From: Opitutales bacterium
GTDB taxonomy: Bacteria > Verrucomicrobiota > Verrucomicrobiia > Opitutales > JAKPNF01
DNA length: 39,759 nucleotides
Assembly (NCBI GenBank): GCA_031556275.1
Contig: JAVBTG010000001.1
Location: forward strand, 1 to 39,759
Reading direction: 5' to 3'
Both the position numbers and the translations under genes were made by a program. Position 1 is the first letter of the stretch. Each line of letters begins with the position of its first letter. Of this stretch, positions 16,407 to 24,384 are shown piece by piece. The notes beneath the pieces are model-generated. The model worked only from the letters and a program-made list of their open reading frames with translations, made no database searches and was not told the origin of the DNA.

Positions 16407-17273
16407 ATGGCACACGACAAACTTTTCCCCAACCGACCGTCCGTGCGCGCGCTGCGGAAAGCCGGCAAGCCCGCCAGCGGCACATGGCTGCAGGCGGGCA
16501 CGCCCGTGGCGGCCGAGATTTTCGCCAACGCCGGGTTTCGCTGGATCGGGCTCGACGCCGAGCACACCAGCGCCGACACCGCCACGGTGGAGACGATGTG
16601 CCGCGCCGTTCACGGGCGCGGGGCCGACTTGCTGGTGCGCGTGTCGCAGGCCGACACCATCGAGATCCGCCGCGCGCTCGACATGGGGGCTAACGGCATC
16701 ATCGTGCCCTACGTCGAGACGCCCGAGCAGGCGCGCACGGCCGTGGCCGCCACGCGCTATCCGCCGCAGGGGGTGCGCGGGTTCGCCTTCCACCGCGGGA
16801 ACAACTGGGGCGCGGACTTTGACGAGTACGCCGCCAAGGCCAACGAGGAGATGCTCGTCATCGTCATGATCGAGTCGAAAAAAGGCGTGGAAAATATCGA
16901 CGCGATCCTCGCCGTCGAAGGCGTGGACGGCGTGCTGGTGGGGCCTTACGACATGAGCGGGAGCTACGGCGTGCCGGGCCAAGTGCAGCATGCGTTTGTG
17001 AGGGAAGCCATCGCCACGGTGCTCGCCGCCTGCAAGAAGGCGAAAAAGGCGCCCGGGCAGCACATCGTGCGCTCCAAGCCCGAGCAGATCAAGGCGGCGC
17101 TGGAGCAGGGGTTCACGTTTATCTGCCTCGACGCCGACATCATTTTCCTCAACGAGGCCTGCCGTGTCGCGCTGGGCACGGCCAAGGCGTGCATCGAGCA
17201 GATGAAGCGCATCGACTGCGCGGTTGAGTTTTCAAAACCTTCGTCGCTGATTGAGGCCGCGAAAATGGCATAG
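16407..17273 (+). CDS. HpcH/HpaI family aldolase (2-keto-3-deoxy-sugar-acid aldolase type)
   Basis: 288-aa ORF. GTWLQAGTPVAAEIFANAGFRWIGLDAEH, LLVRVSQADTIEIRRALDMGANGIIVPYVETPEQA, RYPPQGVRGF and MIESKKGVENIDAIL are typical of HpcH/HpaI/RhmA aldolases. Confidence 0.85.
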   Translation: MAHDKLFPNRPSVRALRKAGKPASGTWLQAGTPVAAEIFANAGFRWIGLDAEHTSADTATVETMCRAVHGRGADLLVRVSQADTIEIRRALDMGANGIIVPYVETPEQARTAVAATRYPPQGVRGFAFHRGNNWGADFDEYAAKANEEMLVIVMIESKKGVENIDAILAVEGVDGVLVGPYDMSGSYGVPGQVQHAFVREAIATVLAACKKAKKAPGQHIVRSKPEQIKAALEQGFTFICLDADIIFLNEACRVALGTAKACIEQMKRIDCAVEFSKPSSLIEAAKMA

Positions 17274-17469
17274 AGGGGTGTTTTAAAATTCCTCACGGCG
17301 GCGGCGCGTCCGAATGTCGGCCCTTCGGGGCTTGGGGCCGAGGCGCATCGTCGCAGTGGGCGCTCCAAAAATTGTATAAAACCGCCATTCGCATCCACCT
17401 AGCGGAATTTTAAGACGTACCTTAACGGTGGGTCGGTCATTTTCAAACACGCTTTTTCGATTTCATTCC

Positions 17470-18387
17470 ATGAAAGATTCCATTCGCAATTACGCCAAAC
17501 TGGGCTTGGTGCATCACATGATGTACGGCAAGTGCACGAACGATCCCGTCTACCATTTGGAGACGTTAAAGCAGTTCGCCAACCGCGCGGACATCGAGAC
17601 GTTCGACTGCTGCCTGCCCTACGGCGAGCCGTACCGCTCTGAAGCGGCCGCGGCCGTGCGCGCCTGCGGCAAGGAGCATCTGGTGTTCGCCACGCACTTG
17701 TTCCCGTTGCGCAAGCTCTCGTTTTGCTCCACGGGCTACGCCGAGCAGGACCAGTGCCGCATGATCGTAAAGGACATGATCGACCAAGCGGTGGCGATGG
17801 GGGCCTACGGCTTCATCTTCGCCTCGGGCGGCCCGGCGTTTGCCCAGGGCTCGCGCGCGAATTTCGACGCGTTCTACGACTTCACCTGCTGGCTGTGCGA
17901 GAATCTGGCCAAACACAACATCATGGCCCAGCTCGAGCCGTTTGACTACGACTTCGACAAGGCCTACTACTTCGGCCCGATGGACATGTGCGTGGAGCTC
18001 GTCGAAAAGGTCGGCAAGAACCACCCGAACATCGGCCTCGAGCTCGACATGGCGCACCTGCCGCTGATGCGCGAGCCCTATGCCTCCTCGATCGAGCGTT
18101 CGGGCAAGTGGCTGCAGCGCGTGCACCTGGGCAACTCGGTGAACAAGGACAAGAACGATCCTTTCTACGGCGACAACCACCCCCCCATGGGCTACCCGGG
18201 CGGCAACATCGACATTCCCGAGCTCGTCGAGATTTTGACGGCGCTCAAAAAGAACGGCTTCCTGAACAAGGAAAACCGCGGCGACCTCGTGGTCGAGATG
18301 CAGCCTTTCCCCGGCAAGACCGTCGACGAGACCGTGGCCGACAACTTCGACCGCCTCGAAAAGGCGTGGGCGATGGTGGCCGAGTGA
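17470..18387 (+). CDS. sugar phosphate isomerase/epimerase (xylose-isomerase-like TIM barrel) family protein
   Basis: ATG 17470 (MKDSIRNYAKLGLVHHMMY) is preferred over the called GTG 17428. The sequence shows an alternating beta/alpha pattern. LEPFDYDFDK, IGLELDMAHL and VHLGNSV are consistent with the metal-binding E/D/H/E pattern of AP-endonuclease-2/TIM-barrel proteins. Confidence 0.65.
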   Translation: MKDSIRNYAKLGLVHHMMYGKCTNDPVYHLETLKQFANRADIETFDCCLPYGEPYRSEAAAAVRACGKEHLVFATHLFPLRKLSFCSTGYAEQDQCRMIVKDMIDQAVAMGAYGFIFASGGPAFAQGSRANFDAFYDFTCWLCENLAKHNIMAQLEPFDYDFDKAYYFGPMDMCVELVEKVGKNHPNIGLELDMAHLPLMREPYASSIERSGKWLQRVHLGNSVNKDKNDPFYGDNHPPMGYPGGNIDIPELVEILTALKKNGFLNKENRGDLVVEMQPFPGKTVDETVADNFDRLEKAWAMVAE

Positions 18388-18420
18388 GTTTTTTGGAAAA
18401 AAGTCCCTGTCCGTATGCGA

Positions 18421-18458
18421 AAAGGCGCGCCGAGGAAATTCGGCGCGCCTTTTTTTTG
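18421..18458. terminator. rho-independent terminator between convergent genes
   Basis: aaaggcgcgccgaggaaattcggcgcgcctttttttt: a 10-bp GC stem followed by a T8 run. Confidence 0.8.
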
Positions 18459-18490
18459 CTTTTTCGGGGAAACGGGGTGAGCGGTTGTAT

Positions 18491-19123
18491 TTATTTTTTG
18501 GATACTGGCGGGGCGTCGGGCGGCGCGGGGTTGTCGGCGGGGATGTCTTGGTGTGGGAAAACCCTTTCGCGGTAGCGTTCGGGGATGCGGGCGAGGTAGT
18601 CTTGCGCAATGGCGACGGGGAGGGTTTCGGTTTTGGCGTTGACGGTGCCGTCGGGCAATTTTACGAGGTCTTTAAAGATGATTTTCAGCTGCCATGGGCG
18701 GTCCAGTTTTCGCTTCTCGTCGCGCCAGTCCAGCAAGAACCAAAACACTTCGGCGGTTAGGTCGCGCGATGCGAGGACGACGGGCTTTTCGGTGATCGGC
18801 TCATACGCGCGGTTTTGTTTTCCCCAAATGCAATCGCGTGAGTTTAATATAGTCGTACTGCCTCTGCAAAAAATGGAAATGCTGGTGTTTTGCTCAAGCG
18901 CCCCCGCCCATACGCGCGCGGACGGCGGGCCGCGCACTATGATTTCGACGAGGCCGTTTTCGGGGTCTTCGGGTAGGCGCAGTTCGAGCGAGACATCTTG
19001 CTGCGTCTTGCCGGTTGCCGGAGGCGGTTGAGCGGGCGGTTTACTGTCCGCGCGCAACGGGCAAAGGCAGATCGACGCGAGGATGGGGAGCGCGGCTGAT
19101 GGGAGAAGGAGGGGGATTTTCAT
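18491..19123 (-). CDS. secreted protein consisting of one copy of an unrecognised ~150-aa module (4th copy of the module in 19041..21191)
   Basis: 210-aa ORF with a signal peptide (MKIPLLLPSAALPILASICLCPLRA/DS). LELRLPEDPENGLVEIIVRGPP...LTAEVFWFLLDWRDE...RPWQLKIIFKDL...AQDYLARIPERYRER parallels the last module of the upstream protein (LRLPDDPADGHVEITVQGPP...LTARIFQMLLERRDE...QPWQLRIRFTDL...TPDYRAKIPERYREK). Confidence 0.75.
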   Translation of the reverse strand: MKIPLLLPSAALPILASICLCPLRADSKPPAQPPPATGKTQQDVSLELRLPEDPENGLVEIIVRGPPSARVWAGALEQNTSISIFCRGSTTILNSRDCIWGKQNRAYEPITEKPVVLASRDLTAEVFWFLLDWRDEKRKLDRPWQLKIIFKDLVKLPDGTVNAKTETLPVAIAQDYLARIPERYRERVFPHQDIPADNPAPPDAPPVSKK

Positions 19124-21191
19124 GGAAGGCGTGCGTGCTTATTTCTCTGGATGCGGATTGCGGGGTGGGTGCGGGGATGTCTTGCGGGGGTTCGCGTTTT
19201 TCGCGATAGCGCTCGGGGATTTTAGCGCGATAGTCCGGCGTGACGAGGACGTGGCCGGTTTTGACGTTCACGGCGGTTTCATCGCCGGGAATTTTGGCGA
19301 GGTCGGTGAAGCGGATGCGCAGCTGCCATGGTTGATCGGGGTGCCATTGCTCGTCGCGCCTTTCCAGCAGCATTTGGAATATGCGGGCGGTCAGCGTGTG
19401 CGGGGGATATACGGCCCCGCCTTCGGGCATGGGGCCGTAGAAACGGTCGGCGTCTGCGCGATGGGTGCTAATTTGCCTGATGTTGCACGTTTCATTTTTG
19501 CAGGTGAGGGAAATGGTGTAAAAATCAGGGTCAAACGCTCCCGTCCAAATGCGCGTAGAGGGCGGGCCTTGTACGGTGATTTCGACATGGCCGTCCGCCG
19601 GATCGTCGGGCAGGCGCAACGTGGCGCGGACGTTTTGGGCGAACCATTTTTCCCATTTGGCGACGGCGGCGTCCCATTCGGCGCGGTTCTCGAACAGGAG
19701 TTTTTCCGGGTCGGCCCCCGGGCCTTGGCCTAGCAGCTTTTCCAGAATGTCCGACATGGATTTGGTGCCCGCGGCCATGGCGTAGGGATTCACCTTTAGG
19801 GCACGGAAGCAGACGGCTATCTGCGCGGGACTCACTTCGCTCGGTGCGAGGGTTTTTAGGAAATTATGGATTTGGTTGAGTTTCCACATGTAGCCGAGGG
19901 AGGGCCGCTGGGGATCGTCGAGCAAACGGTCGAGCGCGCGGAAGGCGAAGGCGACTTGATCGGGGCGCTCGAGAAAATGGTGATAGGCGTTCAGGTGTTC
20001 GTATTTGTCTTTGGTGGAAATGAAATATTCGACAGGGTCGGCGTCTTTGAGCGGGTTTTTTTCTTCGGGCTGGCCCGGGATGCGGGCGACCCATTCGCGC
20101 GGGACACGGATGGGCGCGGTTTCGTAGGTGGGGCATTTGCCGTCTTGTGTGAATTTGTGCAGGGAAACAAAGAGGGCGCCGTCGCCGCTTGATTGCCATC
20201 TGAGGTTGTCCTTGTTTTTCGCGAGGAAATTCAGGATGCTTGCCGTCATCGTTTCCGATCCCAAGACGGAGGTTTCTTCGGTGAGCGGTTCATAGACGGG
20301 CGGTCCATCGGCGGGCGACGGGACAAAGGCGCATCGGAAACTCAGGGAAGACTTATAATCGGATGTCCCGTCCGGGTAGAAGAAATGGAAAGAAAAAGAA
20401 TCCTCCACGGCACGGCGGTTGATCAAGGGAGGATTCGCGAGGTCTTTTGGGGACACCTTTATGCGGAAATAATCCGTGGCCGGGTCTTTCGGCAGGGAGA
20501 GTTCAAGAACAAGGTCTTGCTCCGGCTGGTCTTTCGAGATTATCGACTGATAGGTGCCCGCGAAAACCATGGCCTTTTCGCCGTAATGCGTGGAAAGACG
20601 GGCAAGCCACTCGCGGGGGATCGGTAGCGGCTCGATCTCGTACATCATGTCGGGATGGCCTTCCGTGAGGCGGGAAATGTTGACGAGCACATAGGCTTCG
20701 CCGTCCCCGCTCCATGCGGCCGGGTTTTCGGCCCTGTCGTGGTTGAGCATGCCGAAAATGCGCGCAGTCATGCCCTCGGAATGCAGGACGGTCTTTCCCT
20801 TGGGAAGCGTGTCATAAACCGGGCCGCCGGAGGACGCCCCGAATGGGAGGGAAACACACCCGCCCGTTTTCCCGTCCGGACGGATAATGGTATAAGAATG
20901 GGGACGTTCAAAAGCTTCCGGATCGATGCGCACCGGCTTGGAGGGGGCTTTGGCTGACACCTCAATGGCCAGCCATTCTGTGGACGGGTCTTTGGGGAGT
21001 TGCAGCTTGAGAACAAGGTCTTGCTCCGGTTTGTCTTTTGCCTGAAGGAGTTGACGGTATTTGAGCGTTTCCGCGGCCTTCGAGAGCGGCGGGGATTGGG
21101 GGGCATTATCTTCGCCCGCCCGCGCGGATGATAGGTAGGACAGCGCGAGGGTGAGCAGTGCGGCGGTTTTGAGAATGGGAGAAATCTGCAT
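19041..21191 (-). CDS. secreted protein with three copies of an unrecognised ~150-aa module and a helical insert
   Basis: The ORF track extends to 21878, but that N-terminal part overlaps the DUF308 gene out of frame. Internal ATG 21191 gives a signal peptide (MQISPILKTAALLTLALSYLSSARA/GED). Modules begin EQDLVLKLQLPKDP, EQDLVLELSLPKDP and TLRLPDDP, and end IPREWLARL, VPREWVARI and PDYRAKIPERYRE. The 3' end overlaps the next gene by 83 nt. Confidence 0.7.
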   Translation of the reverse strand: MQISPILKTAALLTLALSYLSSARAGEDNAPQSPPLSKAAETLKYRQLLQAKDKPEQDLVLKLQLPKDPSTEWLAIEVSAKAPSKPVRIDPEAFERPHSYTIIRPDGKTGGCVSLPFGASSGGPVYDTLPKGKTVLHSEGMTARIFGMLNHDRAENPAAWSGDGEAYVLVNISRLTEGHPDMMYEIEPLPIPREWLARLSTHYGEKAMVFAGTYQSIISKDQPEQDLVLELSLPKDPATDYFRIKVSPKDLANPPLINRRAVEDSFSFHFFYPDGTSDYKSSLSFRCAFVPSPADGPPVYEPLTEETSVLGSETMTASILNFLAKNKDNLRWQSSGDGALFVSLHKFTQDGKCPTYETAPIRVPREWVARIPGQPEEKNPLKDADPVEYFISTKDKYEHLNAYHHFLERPDQVAFAFRALDRLLDDPQRPSLGYMWKLNQIHNFLKTLAPSEVSPAQIAVCFRALKVNPYAMAAGTKSMSDILEKLLGQGPGADPEKLLFENRAEWDAAVAKWEKWFAQNVRATLRLPDDPADGHVEITVQGPPSTRIWTGAFDPDFYTISLTCKNETCNIRQISTHRADADRFYGPMPEGGAVYPPHTLTARIFQMLLERRDEQWHPDQPWQLRIRFTDLAKIPGDETAVNVKTGHVLVTPDYRAKIPERYREKREPPQDIPAPTPQSASREISTHAFHENPPPSPISRAPHPRVDLPLPVARGQ

Positions 21192-21245
21192 GATGGGGCG
21201 GGGGCATTTTGAGGAAAGGGGCGGTGGTTTGCAAGTATGCGGGCA

Positions 21246-21281
21246 ACAAAAACGCGCCCCGTTGGATGGGGCGCGTTTTGC
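21246..21281 (-). terminator. rho-independent terminator after the DUF308 gene
   Basis: aaaaacgcgccccgttggatggggcgcgttttg: a 9-bp GC stem with a 7-nt loop. A U-run follows on the minus strand. Confidence 0.7.
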
Positions 21282-21307
21282 GGATGGGTGTTGTGTGCGT
21301 TTCTTGC

Positions 21308-21808
21308 TCAGTCCGCCGTCGTCCAAGCGAGGCTGGAGACGCCTGTGAACAGGAGGTTTAGGCCGATCAGGATGCCCAAAAGGACATAGCTGGCTTCGGG
21401 GTTGAGCAGGAAGATGACGCCGAGGATCAAGGTCGCGATGGCGTTGATGAGGATGAGCACGGCGTTTTTCGCGTCGCGCAGCCGCCCCCATGCGACGAAC
21501 GAGAAGCCGGACTCGATCAGCATAAAAATACCGACGAGCGTCGCCAGGGCCAGCGTGCCTTCCAGCGGGTTGAACATCAGGAAGTAGCCCGCTATCAGGT
21601 AGAGCAGGAACATCACGACGTTGAGCAGTTTCGCCGCCGTGCCCGCGCAATAGGGAAATTGGAACAGCGCGAAAAACGCCGCGAACAGCAAGGCTACGCC
21701 GGCGAAGATGCTCGCCGACACGCTCGCCACTACCGGGAACAGGATGCAGAACACGCCGCCGATGATCAGCAGCACGGCCAGCAGACGGGATGTTTTTAGA
21801 CGGAACAT
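21308..21808 (-). CDS. HdeD/DUF308 family integral membrane protein
   Basis: 166-aa ORF with six evenly spaced hydrophobic helices. The repeating pattern is typical of DUF308 (LLIIGGVFCILFP, MFLLYLIAGYFLMFNP, LATLVGIFMLIESGF, ILGVIFLLNP, LGILIGLNLLFTGV). Confidence 0.7.
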   Translation of the reverse strand: MFRLKTSRLLAVLLIIGGVFCILFPVVASVSASIFAGVALLFAAFFALFQFPYCAGTAAKLLNVVMFLLYLIAGYFLMFNPLEGTLALATLVGIFMLIESGFSFVAWGRLRDAKNAVLILINAIATLILGVIFLLNPEASYVLLGILIGLNLLFTGVSSLAWTTAD

Positions 21809-22045
21809 GGATGTGCGGAGTTAAAGATGGTGGGTTGTGTGTTCTTGGGGAATATATGCCGGAATTTTGTGTTGGCAAAGGGGGGCGTGTGATTTTTGGT
21901 CGCGCGCGCGAAATTGGCGGGCGTTTTTAAGGAGACGGTAAATATTGACATTTCTTATAAAACGGGGTTTCCTGTGGGCGTCCATTCGTATCGAAAATAT
22001 GTGAGTGTGTTTTTGAGAATTTCAAAACCGAACAACCCCAAAAAT

Positions 22046-23377
22046 ATGAAAACAAAACATACCTTTCTCTCTGTTTTCACATGTCTGCTGGTGTTCGGCA
22101 CGGTTTGCCGAGCCGACCTCACCTGGGCGGACAACGTGGTCATCAACGGAAATCTGACCGTTACCGGAAGCGGGGCTATCCGTTCCTTCGCTCCCCTGGC
22201 GGCGCCCGCGACTATCGGCGTCACCGCCAGCCTCATCCCTAGCGGAGCGCAGGCGGTCTTCAATTGGAATCCGTCGACGGCGAGCCTGCTAGTCGGCGTG
22301 GGGGGGAATCGATTGGGCGTCAGCGGTAATCGCAACATAGTGATAGGGCTGCTCAACGATGTGGATGCGGCCAGTGTGGTTGTCTTGGGTGATCTTAATC
22401 ATGTCAGTTATTCAACAAACTCGTTCGTCGTGCTACGCTCAATGGCGAACGACACGTATAACAGCTTTGTGGCGGCTGTTTCTCACACGGAATTGGCGAC
22501 GTATTCCGTTGCTATAGCCAACGCGAGTGTGTACGAGGCGAAGAATTCCGCAGCGTTCTGCAACTCGGGTGTGAGTGGGGCAGACGCGTCCTTTGCGGCG
22601 GGCAATTCCTCCGTTTCCGTTGAGCGTGAGAGTGGCAGTTCCTTCAACATTGCCATGGGAAACTCCCGCATTGATAACATGGGGACGTCAAACACGATAT
22701 CCATGAACGTCGCTCTGGCGGGTTCTGAGATCGCTCCGTGGGATGATTCGGGAAATGTCGCTTCCTTTGCGGCGTGCCGCGCCCAGGTTTATGGGAGTCG
22801 TTCCTTTGCGGTATGCGAAGCAACCACCAATGGAGGAAATTACTCCTTCGCGGCGTGCGGAGGTTATATCGAGGGAAATTATTCGCTTGCGATCGGGAAG
22901 GGAACTAAGAGCATTCCCAGTGGGACGGTTGTGCTGGGCTGTTACAATAAAATGGCCGATTATGTCAAAGTGGACGAATGGGTACCTTCATCTTATTGGT
23001 TCGGTGGCGATCCGCTTTTCATGGTTGGCAACGGGCAGTCTGAAGACGCTCGCAGTAACGCGTTTTTGGTGCTGAAGAACGGAAAGGTTTGTGTGGAGAA
23101 CAAATATTGGGATCCAGCCGAACCGACATTTGCTCCATCCCAGCCGAAGAACGTGACCATAGTCCACAGTTCTTATTGGGACGATGATATAGAAGACTGG
23201 GTTGTGGATCAAGAGACGGGCGACGTGGACGAGGCGTCGGGCGGTGTCGCCCTTGAGGTGGGCGGGCACACCGTGCTGAAGGGCAACACGCGGCTGGACG
23301 GCAAGGTTACCATGAGCCAGCCGCAGGGGGACATATTGATGGGGGTGTTCGGCATGCCGCAGGCGACGCAGCCTTAG
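22046..23377 (+). CDS. secreted protein with YadA-head / Hep_Hag-like repeats (adhesin- or tail-fibre-like), no obvious membrane anchor
   Basis: ATG 22046 gives the signal peptide MKTKHTFLSVFTCLLVFGTVCRA/DL. Degenerate N-S-x-A-x-G type repeats are present (NSFVAAV, YSVAIANAS, NSAAFCNSG, ASFAAGNSS, FNIAMGNSR, YSFAACGG, YSLAIGKG). They are followed by PLFMVGNGQSEDARSNAFLVLKNGKV, a motif I associate with Hep_Hag / tail-fibre-like proteins. Confidence 0.5.
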   Translation: MKTKHTFLSVFTCLLVFGTVCRADLTWADNVVINGNLTVTGSGAIRSFAPLAAPATIGVTASLIPSGAQAVFNWNPSTASLLVGVGGNRLGVSGNRNIVIGLLNDVDAASVVVLGDLNHVSYSTNSFVVLRSMANDTYNSFVAAVSHTELATYSVAIANASVYEAKNSAAFCNSGVSGADASFAAGNSSVSVERESGSSFNIAMGNSRIDNMGTSNTISMNVALAGSEIAPWDDSGNVASFAACRAQVYGSRSFAVCEATTNGGNYSFAACGGYIEGNYSLAIGKGTKSIPSGTVVLGCYNKMADYVKVDEWVPSSYWFGGDPLFMVGNGQSEDARSNAFLVLKNGKVCVENKYWDPAEPTFAPSQPKNVTIVHSSYWDDDIEDWVVDQETGDVDEASGGVALEVGGHTVLKGNTRLDGKVTMSQPQGDILMGVFGMPQATQP

Positions 23378-23558
23378 GCGCGTTTGAGAATCATCAGCGC
23401 GACCGGCTTCACGGGATGTGTCTGGATGTCGGCTAATACGTCGACGGTGCTTCCGCATTCGTCTGATAGCCCAGGGGTGGGCGAAAATTCAGTTGGCGAA
23501 GGTATGAAAGAAAAATATCCGAAGTTCGTTTTTTACGACCCCAATGACAGTCTTGGGA

Positions 23559-24185
23559 CTATCTTGTTTTTTGTTTCGCCGCTTTCTCCGCGCGCATTTC
23601 CTCCAATAGCTTTTTTACGTCTTCACGCTCGTAAAATTCTTTGTAACGGAGATCCTTTTCGCGTTCGTACTCCAAATTGCGCGAGCCGGAGGGGTTGGTG
23701 TAAATGTCGTATGTGACGCTTATATCGGGATCCGCAATCCGATTACCGTTGCCAGGGCTTGTCGCAACGTCAAATTTTGCGCGCGTGTAACGCAGAGGGT
23801 TTTCCTCTTTTATGTAGCACCAAAATTCCTTGTTGCGAATCCAGGCGGGATTATCTTTATTCATGAGAGATGTTACCTCCGGCGTGTATCCCTCCTCGGG
23901 GGCCAAAAATGGTTGCACATCTTGCGTCAGGATCACGCCTCCGCTTGGGACGGACACGCTGAACGACCAGTCGTATTTTTTTCTTCCGTCAATATCCTGA
24001 GTTAGATTGGTTCGAATCGCGCGGATCTCGATTTGTCCTGTTGATGACAGTGTCCCTGTTGTGATGTCGATTTTTTCGGGAGCTCCCTTGCATGATATGC
24101 GCACCCAGCCTTGATTATAAATCATTGGTTCCGCGCCCTGCGCTTTCCACATGCGCAAGATTTCCGGGCGCTCATAGGGGGGCAA
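23559..24185 (-). pseudogene. orphan, 5'-truncated copy of the hydrolase-partner gene (C-terminal domain only; may still be expressed from TTG)
   Basis: 208-aa ORF with a TTG start, no signal or anchor, and no carboxypeptidase-regulatory-like domain. ILRMWKAQGAEPMI...KYDWSFSVSVPSGGVIL...YTNPSGSRNLEYEREKDL aligns with the C-terminal half of 24385..25539 (VFRMWRSQGAEPIL...KYDWRFEVEVPGGGIIL...HTNPSGSRNLEYDPEKDV). Weak similarity (EKDGYLRE vs LEKAGYVQAE) continues upstream to an in-frame TGA at 24261-24263. Confidence 0.55.
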
Positions 24186-24302
24186 TACGAAAGATGCCGG
24201 ATTACCGCGTGGGTTATAGGGGGCTGGCCGATTGTGCTCTCTCAGATATCCGTCCTTTTCTCAATCATCGATACTAAAAGTGGAGGCTTTTAAGCCCTGG
24301 AT

Positions 24303-24333
24303 GGAAAAAACGCCCGTTCGAACCGGCGGGCGG
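24303..24333 (-). terminator. rho-independent terminator after partner gene copy B
   Basis: Minus strand reads ccgcccgccggttcgaacgggcgtttttt: a GC stem followed by a U6 run, 50 nt after the stop of 24385..25539. Confidence 0.65.
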
Positions 24334-24384
24334 ATGAACCCGTTCTGCCGGGCCTTTTATGGATCCGCCATTGCGCGGGAGCGT

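Noticed and set aside
15501-17063. 520-aa minus-strand ORF spanning the M55 peptidase and aldolase genes
   Set aside because: It is antisense to two genes with clear family motifs. Its composition (R, G, H, L, V, A runs) is shadow-ORF-like and it crosses an intergenic gap.
21192-21878. N-terminal 229-aa extension of tracked ORF 19041..21878 (945 aa)
   Set aside because: The extension overlaps the well-formed DUF308 gene (21308..21808) in another frame and crosses a strong terminator hairpin (21246-21281). It is Arg/Pro-rich. Internal ATG 21191 yields a proper signal peptide.
24301-24335. GGTTCGAACC-containing sequence resembling a tRNA T-arm
   Set aside because: There is no acceptor, D or anticodon arm around it. 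It forms a simple GC hairpin followed by a U-run directly after a stop codon, so it is a terminator.
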